The notes under the pieces: generated by a model | Told to the model about the DNA's origin: nothing | Seen by the model: the letters and a program-made list of their open reading frames with translations, nothing else | Databases searched by the model: none | Translations under genes and position numbers: made by a program | Shown here: piece after piece, positions 37,184 through 50,170 of the stretch | How the letters are laid out: the number at the start of each line of letters is the position of its first letter | How positions within the stretch are numbered: position 1 is the stretch's first letter | Assembly: GCA_973895155.1 (NCBI GenBank) | Contig: OZ316896.1 | Location: forward strand, 21,573,050 to 21,637,049 | Direction of reading: 5' to 3' | Length of the DNA: 64,000 nt | From: Marsupella aquatica | Taxonomy: Eukaryota; Plantae; Marchantiophyta

Positions 37184-40100
37184 AAATTTCTCCTTCTCTC
37201 GCCTCGTCTCTCTACACTCTTGTGGCAATTCACTACTCTCTAGTTGCAATTCTCTACACTCTCATCACCCACGAACGGATATGCACTTCAAAGCGAATGT
37301 CGTCCAGTCGACAATTCGGATAATTGGGATGGACGAAAACCGCAACATTCGGAGTAGTTGCGACCGAAAAATGTGATGATGTTCTGTTTCTCCGACTCAC
37401 TTTTTTGTATTTATAAGAGCTTCAGCCGCTTACAGTGATCAATCTCAGCCATCGAAATATTATACGGACGGCACAGATTCCAACCAACTCAGGCAGTATG
37501 TTTTTTCCAATCGTGTCCATTAAAACTTTCTATAGACGGCTAGGATCTTCACCCAAGTAAGCTGTTAATGATTGGCCCACATCGAGGCCAATCTTGGCCG
37601 TTAAACTGTGACAACTGGACATTGATTAACGGCAATGCAATCGTCATCCGACTCAATTTGACGGTTCAGATCGAAGATGCTCCTGGATTTTAGTAGAATA
37701 GTGACCTAATATCGGGATAAGTGGTGGGTTCCTATTGACTAGTATTGACCATTTGATCCTTACCCTCCTCTAGAAGATTTAATTCCTGCATTATATGAAC
37801 TTTAGTCGGCTTTTTTCCTTAGGTCTATGCCTCATGCAAGTAGCTAAAATTTTCATGCATGACATGAACTCTGAGTAAAACAAAAACCTTGTTCTTTTTA
37901 TATTTGGGCTTGTGGGGCTTTAGGGCTCTCGCGTTTTGCCAGTTTTTCCTTGGTTTTCCTCTTTTAGTCTCATGCAAATTAGTCTCATGCAAATTAGACA
38001 TTCACCTGTGGGAATAGACCAAACTATATATATCACACTGCCAGTAAAAGTAATTAAAACGCTGAACCGGGAGACTAAGGCAGAGCAACCCAATAAAGTG
38101 AAAGACAAAAAGACACACGAAGACCAAAAGGGGTCAAAGAAGACATTTTCTTTGACCACCAAACTCTATATTACATTAACTTGGGTTGCAATCTGTCAAA
38201 ATCATTACCCACCTTAGTGACCTGTTATGGCTCCCTGTTTTGGTGTATGGGATCCCGCTCAAATCTCCCCACTTTCTGCTTACAAAATTGAAAATGGAGG
38301 AACCAGTATCGTCAGATTTATTGCAGGAGTTTTTGACACCCTTGGATTGACTCAAAGGTGCATGCCATAGGGATCTACTTGCTTTGGAGGTAAGTAGGTA
38401 CAAGGGACTAACATACGTATTGCCAATATCAATAAAGTACTCTACATGAGTGACTTTATGACACATAGCCCCTAGATGAAAAGTAGGCTGGTATGAGACC
38501 TTTACCTTATGGCATATAGCACTTAAATGAGAAATACACAGCTGTGAAAGATTTACTTACTTTTTGCTATAAAGAAGAAAAAAATTCATTTTTCCTTTCA
38601 ATTGGGTTGATTTTGTTTTTCCTCCACTAGTTTGTCCTTAAAATAAAATTCATTGGATGGAAGAAAAGGTTGGGGGGAGGGAGGAGGAGCGAGGGAAGGA
38701 GCAGGAGAAAAACAAGAGAAAGGAAGGGTATAAAGGAAAAAAGGAAAGGGGGTATGGAAGTTCCTCACCCCACCTAGCGAAACTTGACCACAATGACAAT
38801 GTGATGCCTTAACAGCTTCCTTGCCTCATCTGCATTTTCTTTGCATTGCCAGCATTTCCTTGCCTCACTTGCCTTTCTTTGGGTAGTGTGCATTTTCTTG
38901 CCTTGACTCAATATTTTTTCTTCACTTCAACATCTGCTAATGTTATTTTATTAGAAAATCGGAGGTGGTCAAAATCATAGATCATTCGTCTCATTTGTAT
39001 TCTTGATCTTGCATTTATTTTCTCAGACACTTGACATATTTTTCTTTGACTGACATTTTTAACTTTACTGCATGCATAATGGACCTCACATTTGTAATGA
39101 ATGAAATATTCTTTTGGTCCCTTTAAATATTGAATGAGCCCATTGCCCATGCACAGTTGTCATTACAAACATTTCATTGTTGCAATCAATTTATCATTAT
39201 CGCCATCATGGTTGCGGCCATTGTGTTGTTGGTCACTGGGGTTCTAAGACTTTAGTGTTTAGGGTCAATGTAACTTGGAAAAATTCCTCATACAGAAACG
39301 ATAGAAACATAAAGAATCAAAGACTTTAAATTCTTTTTCACTCTTCTATAAATAATTTGTTTTCAATTCGAAACTTTACTGTGTATTGCCCCCTTCCTAT
39401 CATTTCTTTTATGCGAACGTGGCAATCCTTGCCCAAATATTTTTAAATGTAACGTGACTTTACTTAGATTTTCATTTCAGACCTACCTACGCACGATAAC
39501 CCATGCCAATGCAACCTATATTTCAAATGACCTTAAGATTGGAATCTTTTTCTGGATGTTAGTGTATGGGTCTAGATATAGGTGAGGTGCATCTATGCCC
39601 ATAGTGCAGGCGCAGTGGACCTCCACTCACATTTGCATCCATGAAATGATTACTTGTGCCCCCAGATTTTCTTAAAGTCCCTTCAATATATTGTAAGTCA
39701 GAGAAATATAAGAATTTTTTGTGCAACTACCGTCACAATATAATTGTCCTTTGTGTCTCACTTTATCGTCACTTTGTAAGAAAAATAAATTGAAATGTGT
39801 TGAAATCATTGTGCAATGCACAAAGGAGTATTATATGGTGAGGCTCTAGCCCAAGAGTAGGACATTGTTGCTTTTGTGCTTTCTGACTTTACTTTACCCA
39901 GCCATTCTATCCCATTCACCTTCTCCCCCTTTGATTTCTCCCTACACACTTACGAGCTGTAACTCCAGTTGATAGACCCAACCTACAGCTTTTGAGACCT
40001 TGTAATCCTGTATGCAAGGGAAAGATACTATTGAGTAATGTTTGAAGATAGTGCCTCCAGGTTGCAACAGTCCATCGAAGCTGTTTGTCAAACCCAGGTC

Positions 40101-41488
40101 AAACCTCATGGTCCATCAAGGGTGAAAAATGTGCTGTCTAGCAAAAGTGTTATTGAACATGTTATTAAGTGTATACATAGTGGTATGAAAGTAATGTTGG
40201 AGATTGAACATCCTAAAATTATTGAAAGTAAGGCAAAGATGACCAACATCCAATGAGGTCATTGCCTCTAGGTTGGACAATAGCGTTAATAAAATTAAAA
40301 ATGTTGTCAATCACAAAAGTTGTCAGGGAGAAAATGTTCTGCAGATTGAAGGTTTAGCTGAACAAAGGTGGAATTAATGAGCCTACTTGATTTGGTATGG
40401 AAGAGTTGTTTAATTAAAGGAGTAGTGGGTCAACGTAAAGAGAAGTGTTGTGGGTAAAAGGGAATTAAAGAGTTCATGGAAAAAGAATTGTTGAAAGAAA
40501 CTCTTACTAAGGCATGAGTTTTGGGGACTGATGTGAGGCAGAAATTGAAGAATGCAATCAACACTGAAATTGTGGTCCAAATGTTAGGAAATACAAGCAT
40601 TTTAGGTAAAACTCTGATATATCATTGACAAGACATCCAATTGATTACTTTGTACCTCTTGGTTTGTTATTTCACAATACTCAGTCTAACTGTTTTTTTT
40701 TCCTTCAGTTGCCTAGCATCCAACACTAACAGTTGTGTTTGTTTCTTATTTAAAACATCATTTTTTGTGTGTGTGGAAAGTGATGCTGTGCTTTGCACGT
40801 GGTTCTAGGAGAGAACTTTGGAGGCGTCAGTTACAATTTTTTTTCTCAAGACAAAATTGGGACTTACATGTCAAACCATTGTGACCCCAAATTCCCAATT
40901 CTTGTCTTGATTATAATGGCTAGAAGTTACAACCAGTTCAAGACTTGAGAGAAGATATAAGAGTATAAAGTACATAGTACACTGATCAAACAAATCCATT
41001 GACTAAGGGTGCCGCAATGCAACCTTAACTTGACCTCCACATAAAGTTAGGCTTCACGTACTAACTTGAAATGTCACTTACTAGAGGGTTGAGAGGCATA
41101 AAATCTTCCATTTTACCTGAATATTGTTTCATCTGGTTTCCCTGTGTGAAGGCTACAGCAGTTGTCTAAACTGCTGAACTTGACTCTTCTGCTGGAGAGA
41201 ATTGAAGGTTGGACTTTCACAAGTGTCATCACTACCCTGATATATCTGCAGTGGCCAGGTATTGACTTACTGTAGCTACAGAGTATGTTGTTTTCCCCGA
41301 AAAAAGAATTAAAGCCATCCACCCATCAGTAGGCGACCACCTCTTTACCAAGGAATCAGCTCACAAATTCTATGTCCTTCTCATCTTTCGGCTGAAATCA
41401 TTTCTGAGTGTACTGTATGCACATTTACGTACTATATACAAGACCCTTTGAACGGGGAAGGGCAATTGAGATAAATTGAGGCAACGGT

Positions 41489-44400
41489 TTAGATATGCCT
41501 AAGCTGGTCGAGCTGTAGAGCTTTGGGATTTTTAACGAAACTCATTATTTCTGGGTATATTTCCACATTGGCGGTGGCGCTGGCGAGAAAATCGCCATGA
41601 GCGTATCTCTCCACGGTGACATATTTTAGAACCTTCGTCCCTAGCAAGGTTACGAGCTCTTGAACGTTGCTGGGATCTGCCAAGGTATCCTGGCCTCCTC
41701 GGACGATCATGAGTGGCACAGAGGAAGGGAAGTTGTTCAAGTTGTAAGCCGGCGGTGTTAGTCTTCCGTAGCGTTCTAAGTTGCCTATGAAACCAAAGTC
41801 GTACTTGCGGAAGGTGTTCGTGCGAATCACTGCAACACAGTTTCCCACGCTCATTACATAGTCCCACGGGACATTGAATTTGACAAGGTAAACGGACTGC
41901 TATATGTACAATTTCTGGCCAATCCTGTCAACAACAAAGGATTTTATACAATTCTCAAAACTGGTCCACGGCCTCAGTAGTTCAATTCATTTAGTTTAGA
42001 CGCAATCCTATTGAAGCTCTACTTGACAATTGACGCCGACTGTGTGAGTGGGTTACATGCCGAACTTTAGATGTAGAATTAGCTTACTCTGTGCGAAATG
42101 TCCCAAATTTCGCGAAGAAGTTGGCTGTGGAAAAAAGTTGATGTAGAAGGGGATCCGAGTATAGTTGACGCAGCAATCGTTGCCTGCCATTGCGGTCAAG
42201 ATCACAACTATGTCAGGACAGATTGCATGGAAATTACATACTAAACAGTAAACCAGAATTTGATTGAGCAAAACTTACAACTGCAAGAGCTGCTCTGGGA
42301 AGAACTACTATCCAGAATTGGAACCTACTGGGAGATTCGTACTAAACTGTAAAATAGTGATCGAAGTCTAGAATAGATTGGCTGTCGAGATCCAGGAGCA
42401 ACAGACTCACCGGTCACAGCACGATAAAGACTTGTACAGTTGACACCAGCGTTCACACACACGTCTTGGACTAGCTCCACACCTAACTTACTGTACATTT
42501 TACCAGGTCATGATAGTTCAGATCTCAATTGCGTACACAGTACTTGTGAGCAAATAATGCATACTACGGTCAGCCAGGCATTAGGGTACGTATCCGGTTT
42601 TCAGAATTCGGTCACTAGTTTTCAAATCATCTAGCTCTAACTACATAAACCAAATTTTGTTCATCACGACATCGATGGAAGACCCAGGAGTTCAAGAGCA
42701 GCCCTAGCCAACATCACAAATTCAGGTTACTTAGAGCATTTATCAGACTTACTTGTACAAACTGAACTCGTGTATGCCAAAAACGTCAAAAATCTGCACA
42801 GATATATAAATTAAAGGTGGTTTAATTATTGCTTCCCGTGCAGTCCAAGTAGCTGGGTTTCGTTTGATCTGAATTCGAAAGATTACTTCATACCAGTGAC
42901 TGCATGTGTAATCAATGCAATACCAGTGACCGCATCTCTAATTGAGCTTAAATTTTTGAAAGTGACCAATTCATTGCAAAACGGATCTGCGAGAATGAGT
43001 TTAAGCCAAATACCTTGTCCGCGTAGATATCTGCAGCAATTTTGTCAAAGGTGGAACTGATGTTATTCATGAAGGCGATTGGGCAGATCAGCACAGCTCC
43101 TGCCAACATGTTGGTCACAGCTTGGGATTGAGCCGTGCCCACCACCGCTCCCATGAGCATAGCTGTTGCCTGCACAAGACATGCAGACAGGCGGTTCTAA
43201 ACCAACGTAAAACCATGAATATTAAACTGACACGGTGAGCATAACTTCATAAAGCAATAACTCCTTGGACAGGACTTGCAAGCTTTGTGGAGAATTGCGT
43301 CTCGGATTTTTTAGCTTCAGATTTCTTTATGAATGCTTGAAATTCGCGTCTATCCGGACGTCAAGCTCATTGACCTAAGCCCAAACATGATGGAAAGTTT
43401 CAATGTTCATGAAACAGTTGGAAGAGATGGTCGGAGACAGGTTTTGGATGAGATTCAAAGGCTCAAATTAGATTACATACCTGTGAATGTCCGATGTACA
43501 TAACTTTGGACCCTGTCTGCTTGTAGACAAACCCGAGCATGGAAGGCAAATCGTAGGCAGCAAGTTCGTCCCACGACCAGTCCCAAAATACCTGCAATTG
43601 TCACGATGGATGTTGTCAATTTTTAGCAGAGAGTTGCATTTCACCGCCGTTTCAAGCGGCGCGGAATAATCAAAGTTAAGATCTGTATCTCTGTCCTTTA
43701 TAGGGTCCTGACCGTACATTTTCAGCCTGTCTTCAGTGTTAAGACTGAGTAAAATCCGGCCCGGATAACGGTGTTTTCAAATTTTGCACCAAAATTCCAA
43801 TTTAACACCACGTTTCCACAGCCGCTTGCACAGCTCTAGCCAAAAAGTGGGCGAGTCTAGATCCAATGAGCTTCTTAGACGTCGATCCCACGTCTACCCA
43901 GAATGCGGGAAACGTTTGTCATGATCGTCCTGGACAAATGCCATCATGAAAGCAACAATTCCTGGACCCACTATGATTCCAATATGGCACCCCCGTCAAC
44001 GCTTCATTACCACTTGAGATTTACCTACTATCGATCACATTGCCAACGAACCAAAATTCGCCAAACCAGGAGATTGATCGGCCAAACGGGGAGACATGAG
44101 CCGAAAGAGGCTGGAGACACAACAATGGACCGAGGAGAAAAAGCGGAAAACCAAGAAGAAGACCAACGAGCCAAAAAGCCCGAGCTGGATTCCTCACTCT
44201 TCATTCCCAGTTTATATGTAGCTGCGCTGGACGAGACTAGACCTTCCGGATAATCTGGATAAATTGATTTACACATTGGGATTAAATGGGTCACAGAATC
44301 TAGGTCGACAGATGTTTAGAAGAAAAGGGAAAACAGACACTTACTGTAGATGTTCACCATGCGGTCGCGTTACAAGTTCTGTGGACGCAGAGCTAACTCT

Positions 44401-46003
44401 CCAGGGTGTATGCAATATAATGAGCGGGGCCTGCTCATCGCCGGAGAGTTTAAGGAAGGTTTCAGTCTACTGTTCTGTGTATTTTGTCCGCTTTGGACCA
44501 CATTTTCTTCTCCAAGGAGGTACTGAACTTGTTAGTTTGACATCGACGTGGACTAAAGTTACGAGAATTAGTTTGGAGATAGTAACATACCACGTCCTTG
44601 GTGGTCAGATTAACATGTCCGTAGCTCCACATGATGCCGCGGATGTTCCCAATCCACACATCGTAGCCAGCATCCGCCAACATGAATCCGAGAGATTCAC
44701 TTGGATTGTTGAATACCCAGTTATCGCCCCCCTGAGGATGCAGGATTGAAGCAAACATTTCAATTAAGCCTAACTAGATATCCATGGATACCTGAACTGA
44801 TTGAAGTTACCATAGCCTAGCCTGCATTTCATCAATCTTCACATGTTGCACAGCAGGAGCTCCTAATTGATGAGGTCTTGCAAATTATTGGATAGGCGAA
44901 AATACCCAGATGCACGCAATCGATCTTCAATCTTCATTGCCCGCTGGACAGTCGGACCGACTTACTTTGGTCTTCTTCATGTGTTGTACAACTCCTAATG
45001 ACAGATAATTAATCTAGCAAGTATGACTCTAGAGGTACGTTTGATCAGCACAGTGGCAGAGTCCTGACATGACAGTTCTGATCATGGAATTAAAAACTTC
45101 TGACATCTAATGGAACCTTCAATTGAAGCTCGCTCACTAGTATGTTTCTACATACTGTGCAATGCATCAGTCTTCAGGAATCAATGGCAGAGAATATATG
45201 AGAGTTGTGGGACATCCGGATGCATTTGTACGCACGCAGAGTCTAATAAGGCCAGATCGTGAGCTGATTAGGATAAAGTTGAAACCCACCGCAAAGATTC
45301 CATGCATTAGAAACACTGGCTGGCGCGGTGCCCCATTCTGCTCCTCGCGGATCCCGTTTTGAATGTTTTGGACCCCTAGGAGAAACCCGTCGTCCGTTTG
45401 CACCTGCTCAGTTTGCACAACAATTGCAACTATAATGGGGACTGCTTAAGGGCATCCATCTCTAGAAAATTCAAGCGTGGATTAATACGATAATTATGAA
45501 CAGAGTCGGAAATGTTTCTGATCGATCATCTCGTGTTCCTCCGGATGCGTCCATTTACACAAGCAAATGCTCGGGCAAACGCGCATAATTCGTTACACCG
45601 TATCTATCCACCGTATGCACCCAACAATCAAGCTAAACCAATGACGAGGTCAGATCTATAGCGTATTCATACAATATAACTTAGCTTCGCCAACTTTCCC
45701 ACCATTCACGATCTGAGTGCATAAATCCTATCAGACAATTATGTGTCTTCACTCCTTACTAGAAGACCACAACCTTACAAATTGCAGGGATTTGGGACTG
45801 CGTACCGTGTATTCGTTGCAGGGATAGCCCCACGGCCGCACTAAAGTGCCGCACAGTCCAGTCGAGACGTCGTCAATTCTTGTGGCAGTCTGCACTTCCA
45901 CTATCCCTGCAGATAACAGACAAAGCAGGACTATCGCAAACGCTACCAATCCGTTTACTCCAGAGTGCGCTGAATCAACCGAAAGCAGGCTCCGATTTCC
46001 CAT
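41489..46003 (-). CDS. Acid triacylglycerol lipase (LIP1/MPL1, gastric/lysosomal-lipase type), 425 aa
   Basis: Nine GT-AG exons in phase: 46003-45806, 45403-45290, 44731-44591, 43591-43481, 43169-43014, 42793-42753, 42490-42411, 42183-42088, 41829-41489 (1278 nt). Hydrophobic N-terminus; motifs [61 protein letters not shown]. Confidence 0.95.
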
Positions 46004-49000
46004 GATGAAAGGAAAATATTTGAGCTGGCTCCTTAGAATCTTTGAAGCTGATTACAGATAACTGATTTCTCTTCAATTCTCACGTTCGTCCTAGCTAGAC
46101 GACAATCCAGGTACTCAAATTGACGAAGGTTGCTAGATCCATCAACCGCCGGTCAGTCAATCTAAGTCCAGCAGAGTGGAATGCCAGCCAGCCACTGCTA
46201 GTTTCTGTTGGAATTTGTCAGTCCTGTCCGTTGCTGACTCCCTTTGGCTCATTGTCGGGAGTTGTTACTCTACTGGCTGTCTCGGACTCGCTGCCGTAGT
46301 CGGTAGGCAGTCTTCCCTAGATCCGTTTCGGGATCAGTCTGACTGCGCCACACTTAGCACAGTCCTAACCATAATTAGTTAGTCTGATCCCGGGATTATC
46401 CCTGTCGGCTGCTTGCCGCTGGCGCCTACTTGCGCCCTCACTTAAGCTGTATATAATGAGCCTCAGCGCTCCCGATTAATTAAGTTTCACACATTGAAAA
46501 CTTCCACAGTTTCTATCCCAGCTGTTCTGAAATAATTAACCTTTGGAATCAGGTACCGTGGGCGAGGCTGGCACCCGAGACTACTTCCCTTAACCCACAG
46601 CCGACCCACAGCTGGTGCCGTGGAAAATGGCGAAGGATTCCTGATGAGGGATATGAATAGATCCACGCGTAGCTATCATTACAACAGTGACATATTTCAG
46701 GTGCAGACGCAAATAAGGTCCTGATAGTAAACAAATGACAATCATGTTTTCGAGGTTAGTCCGGAAGTTACCCTAGGCCGCTCCATCTAAACGGATCGAA
46801 GAATCTACTCTTATCTGGAGCTCATCCCAGGACAGGGCTCTACCGCCCCTCGCCATGTACTTCTTGCTCTGAGAGAGTAGGAATAGGATGTAATTGACAG
46901 CGTGAATAGTAAATAATGTAATGCCGTGTAATTGTAGAGTACAAGGCAAGCTTTGGGTACGCACGAGATTCACATCCAAGAATCAGCCGGGAGTAAAAAT
47001 TTGGCAAGTTGGAATGTCGTTCACAGGTCTATTACTACTTCAGCTTGTGGCCATGATCTTGAGCTCCTACAAAGGTGCACTGAGACGGGAGGAGGCTCAC
47101 GATCAACTGGCCTAGACAACGAGTAGGTTCAGCCAACCAATCCGGACGAATCCAATCCGCACACAAAATATTTATTTATCAAGATTATAAAATGGGAAAC
47201 TGACCTTCAAAGTCAACTCGATCGTTCGCTTGAGACAATCCCCCATTACAGTCAGATAATCTCCCTGGCTTGCGGGGTCACTCTGCACACTACAAAGCCC
47301 CTTCTAGTAGCGATAAGGTCAATAATCGCTTGACATGATCGACAATTGGCATGCAGGTCAGTAATTCGTGAGCCTCCTTGCCTGAACTGCATCCTGAGGT
47401 ACGGCCTGGCATAACTTTCCACCTTGGCCGAACTGCATGTTCTTGAATCATCAAAACCTTCGAGCGGATTTACATGATGTAAGAGAGTGGATGTGTTCTA
47501 TCACTACAATTTTGGCACTCTGTCCAGAACAGTACTGCCATCCATATTCACCAGCATCATGGATGACTCTCGACTTGACTGCATGTCCTGGACTGTCTAG
47601 GTGACCTGGAAGTGACAGGACGCATGAGAGAAACAGCATCAAGCTCGTCCCGGCCGGCATTGCCAATGAGCAGTACCTGATTGGTAATTTAATCAGCAAA
47701 CAATAAAGCACAGCTGGAGGACTAGTACGTAGATCAAGCTTTTCGGCTGCGTACGTAGATCCATCAAAGTGAACACGTCAAGAGAGCAACGTCAACGTGT
47801 GGGCCTCTGTTCTCGAAGTCTGACCTGTATGATATATCGAAGCTGGATCAATTGGGGACGGCAAGAAGGCATGTGTTGAATATTGGCGTTGTGCTGTGAC
47901 TTTTGACCTTTTAATTACCACTTTAATACAACACCCAACTTAAATGCACCCAGGAGCACTGTTCAAATAGAGCACCCCATCCCCCACGAATTGAATAGAA
48001 GGCCATGGCAGTGTGCTTGGGGGATCACAGACAGTAGTTGACAGGAAGTCTCTTTGTTCTCTTTGATAAGGAAATGATTCACATGGAAAAAAAAAATGGG
48101 TTCACTGATTTAACACCATCCTTTCATTCTAATTAGATACCATGCCCTCACCCTTTCAATTACACAACTTAGCCTGTTAAATCCATAAGCTAGTATTTAC
48201 CATTTTAAAATAATCCATTCCAATTTATTCTTGCCTTAGTTTGTATTAAAGTATAATGTCATGGCTAGAGGGCATTGTGAGATATATATGCTTGTATCTA
48301 CTACATTAATGTATGTAAAATCTTGAGTGATTTTTTGGTAACAGACAAGAAAAATGAATATTTGAAATAGAAAATCCAACTGCAAGGGGCCTGCAATTGG
48401 CCAAAGACATGAAAGAAGTTAAAATCAAACTTTGTGATGTTTGATACAATTTTTATGTTGTTTTATATGGTAACACTATATTTGTGTTTACTTTACCTTT
48501 CTTACATTGATGGTGCTTCACATAATCCTGTCCTCAAAAGAAGGGACGCTATATGGGAAATCAATGTAGTAAAAAATACAAGAGATAAATCACAAAAGTC
48601 TTTACAAATATGAAGTCCAAGTTGTGGGGTCCTTATAATTAGTGAAAAAGCCGGATAATTGGAGCCAATGAGCCAAAGTTGGATCTGCGGATGCACTTGG
48701 ATTGGGATTTGACAAGCAAGTTTGGAGTACCCAATACTAGGAAAGTAGCTGATTTTGGCTTTGGAATCTGAAGTTGAAATCAATATTTCCTTGGATTTTA
48801 CATATCTCCGGACATATCTTCCAAGGTCATGAGGGGAGACTTAAGAAGCTGCTGACTAACGCTATGACTGGATCCCAGGTAAGTAACTCTTGTATAATGG
48901 ACAGGGGTACACATTTTTATATGGACTAAAAAGTTGGCTATAATAAAAATAATAATATCGAAAAACCCTTGGAAAAACTTGGGATTCCACTTTCAAGTTT

Positions 49001-49659
49001 GTCTAAGTGTATGTAGTTGGTTTTCTTTGTTTTTGACATAAGACTAAAGTAAATTAATCCGTGGACCCCCATGGTCATCCAAGGAATGTGCGTGTGATTA
49101 AGTGAAATCAATTTTCATCAAGGCGTTAACCAACGGTTTTGAGTCTCCTGATGGTGTTAGTGTGTGCTCGTACAAAAACAAATGCTCAAAAGATAGAGAT
49201 TTATCAAACGGAAGGTTGAATGTGGAGGAATTGAGTTTTCTTATAGGTTTTGTTTACACATTGGAGAAATAGTCTTTCAACCATTCTTGATTGATTGTTT
49301 GTGAGTTACATTGAGCATTATCGCCACAAGACAGACTGGAGCACAACACCTAGTTGTTGGCAAAAGAGCACCTGTCGATTTGGTGGGAAGAACACACAAA
49401 ACGAACGAGCCATCACTTAGAAAAAGGATTTATAGTTATTTTTATTTAGGAAAGCTATGGTGTGAGGGGAAGACCAACAATTGTAACTTCTTTGACATAG
49501 AGGCTGCATTTGGCGTCAACCTGTGTTTCGAGTGAACTTTAGTTGAAGACTATCTAAGAGATGCGAACAATTCAAGCCGGGAAGCAAGCATTGTGGTTAA
49601 GCGATGGCGACGTAATCAAAGAAATCAATTTGTAGCGGCTAAGCTTGTGACAGTGACGA

Positions 49660-50170
49660 GATTGTGATATCTCTTAATCAAGAAAGGGTTTCCAATGAGC
49701 TTCAAATTGACAAATTTTGTCAAGTTCCATATGAGTTTTTGAATTTCTTTGCCTTTCCAATGAGTGTGAGTATAAAAAAATTTGATCGTGAGTTCATGAA
49801 TTCTTCTAGCTTTCTAACATTGAGTCTGACATTGACAAATTTCATGTCAAATTTTGTCACGGTACTCAAGAGATCAGGAGGTTTTCAATCTCTTTAGCTT
49901 TCTAATGTGTGACATTGAGATTATTTGTCAAGAAATAGAGAGATTATGAGTATCTAAATTTCTCTAGCTTTCCAATGACCCTAACATTGATAGATTTTGT
50001 CAAGTACTAAGGAGATGATGAGTTTTTAATTTTACTCTAGCTTTCCAATGAGTGTGACATTGAGAGATTTTATCAAGTCAAACATTACTAAAGAGATCAC
50101 AAGTTTCTAAATCGTGATCTTGAATTTTCCAATGAATCAAACATTGGCAGATCGATTTGATCAAGTACAA
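49660..50170. repeat. Degenerate ~70-85-bp tandem array
   Basis: About 7 copies of the core CTTTCCAATGAGTGTGACATTGA.AGATTTTGTCAAG. Confidence 0.75.

Noticed and set aside
43903-44294. ORFs inside lipase intron 3
   Set aside because: Low-complexity and without motifs; probably a TE 3' fragment, which I cannot support further.
49660-50170. CRISPR-like repeat/spacer array
   Set aside because: Repeats are degenerate, spacers resemble each other, no cas genes are present and the context is eukaryotic.
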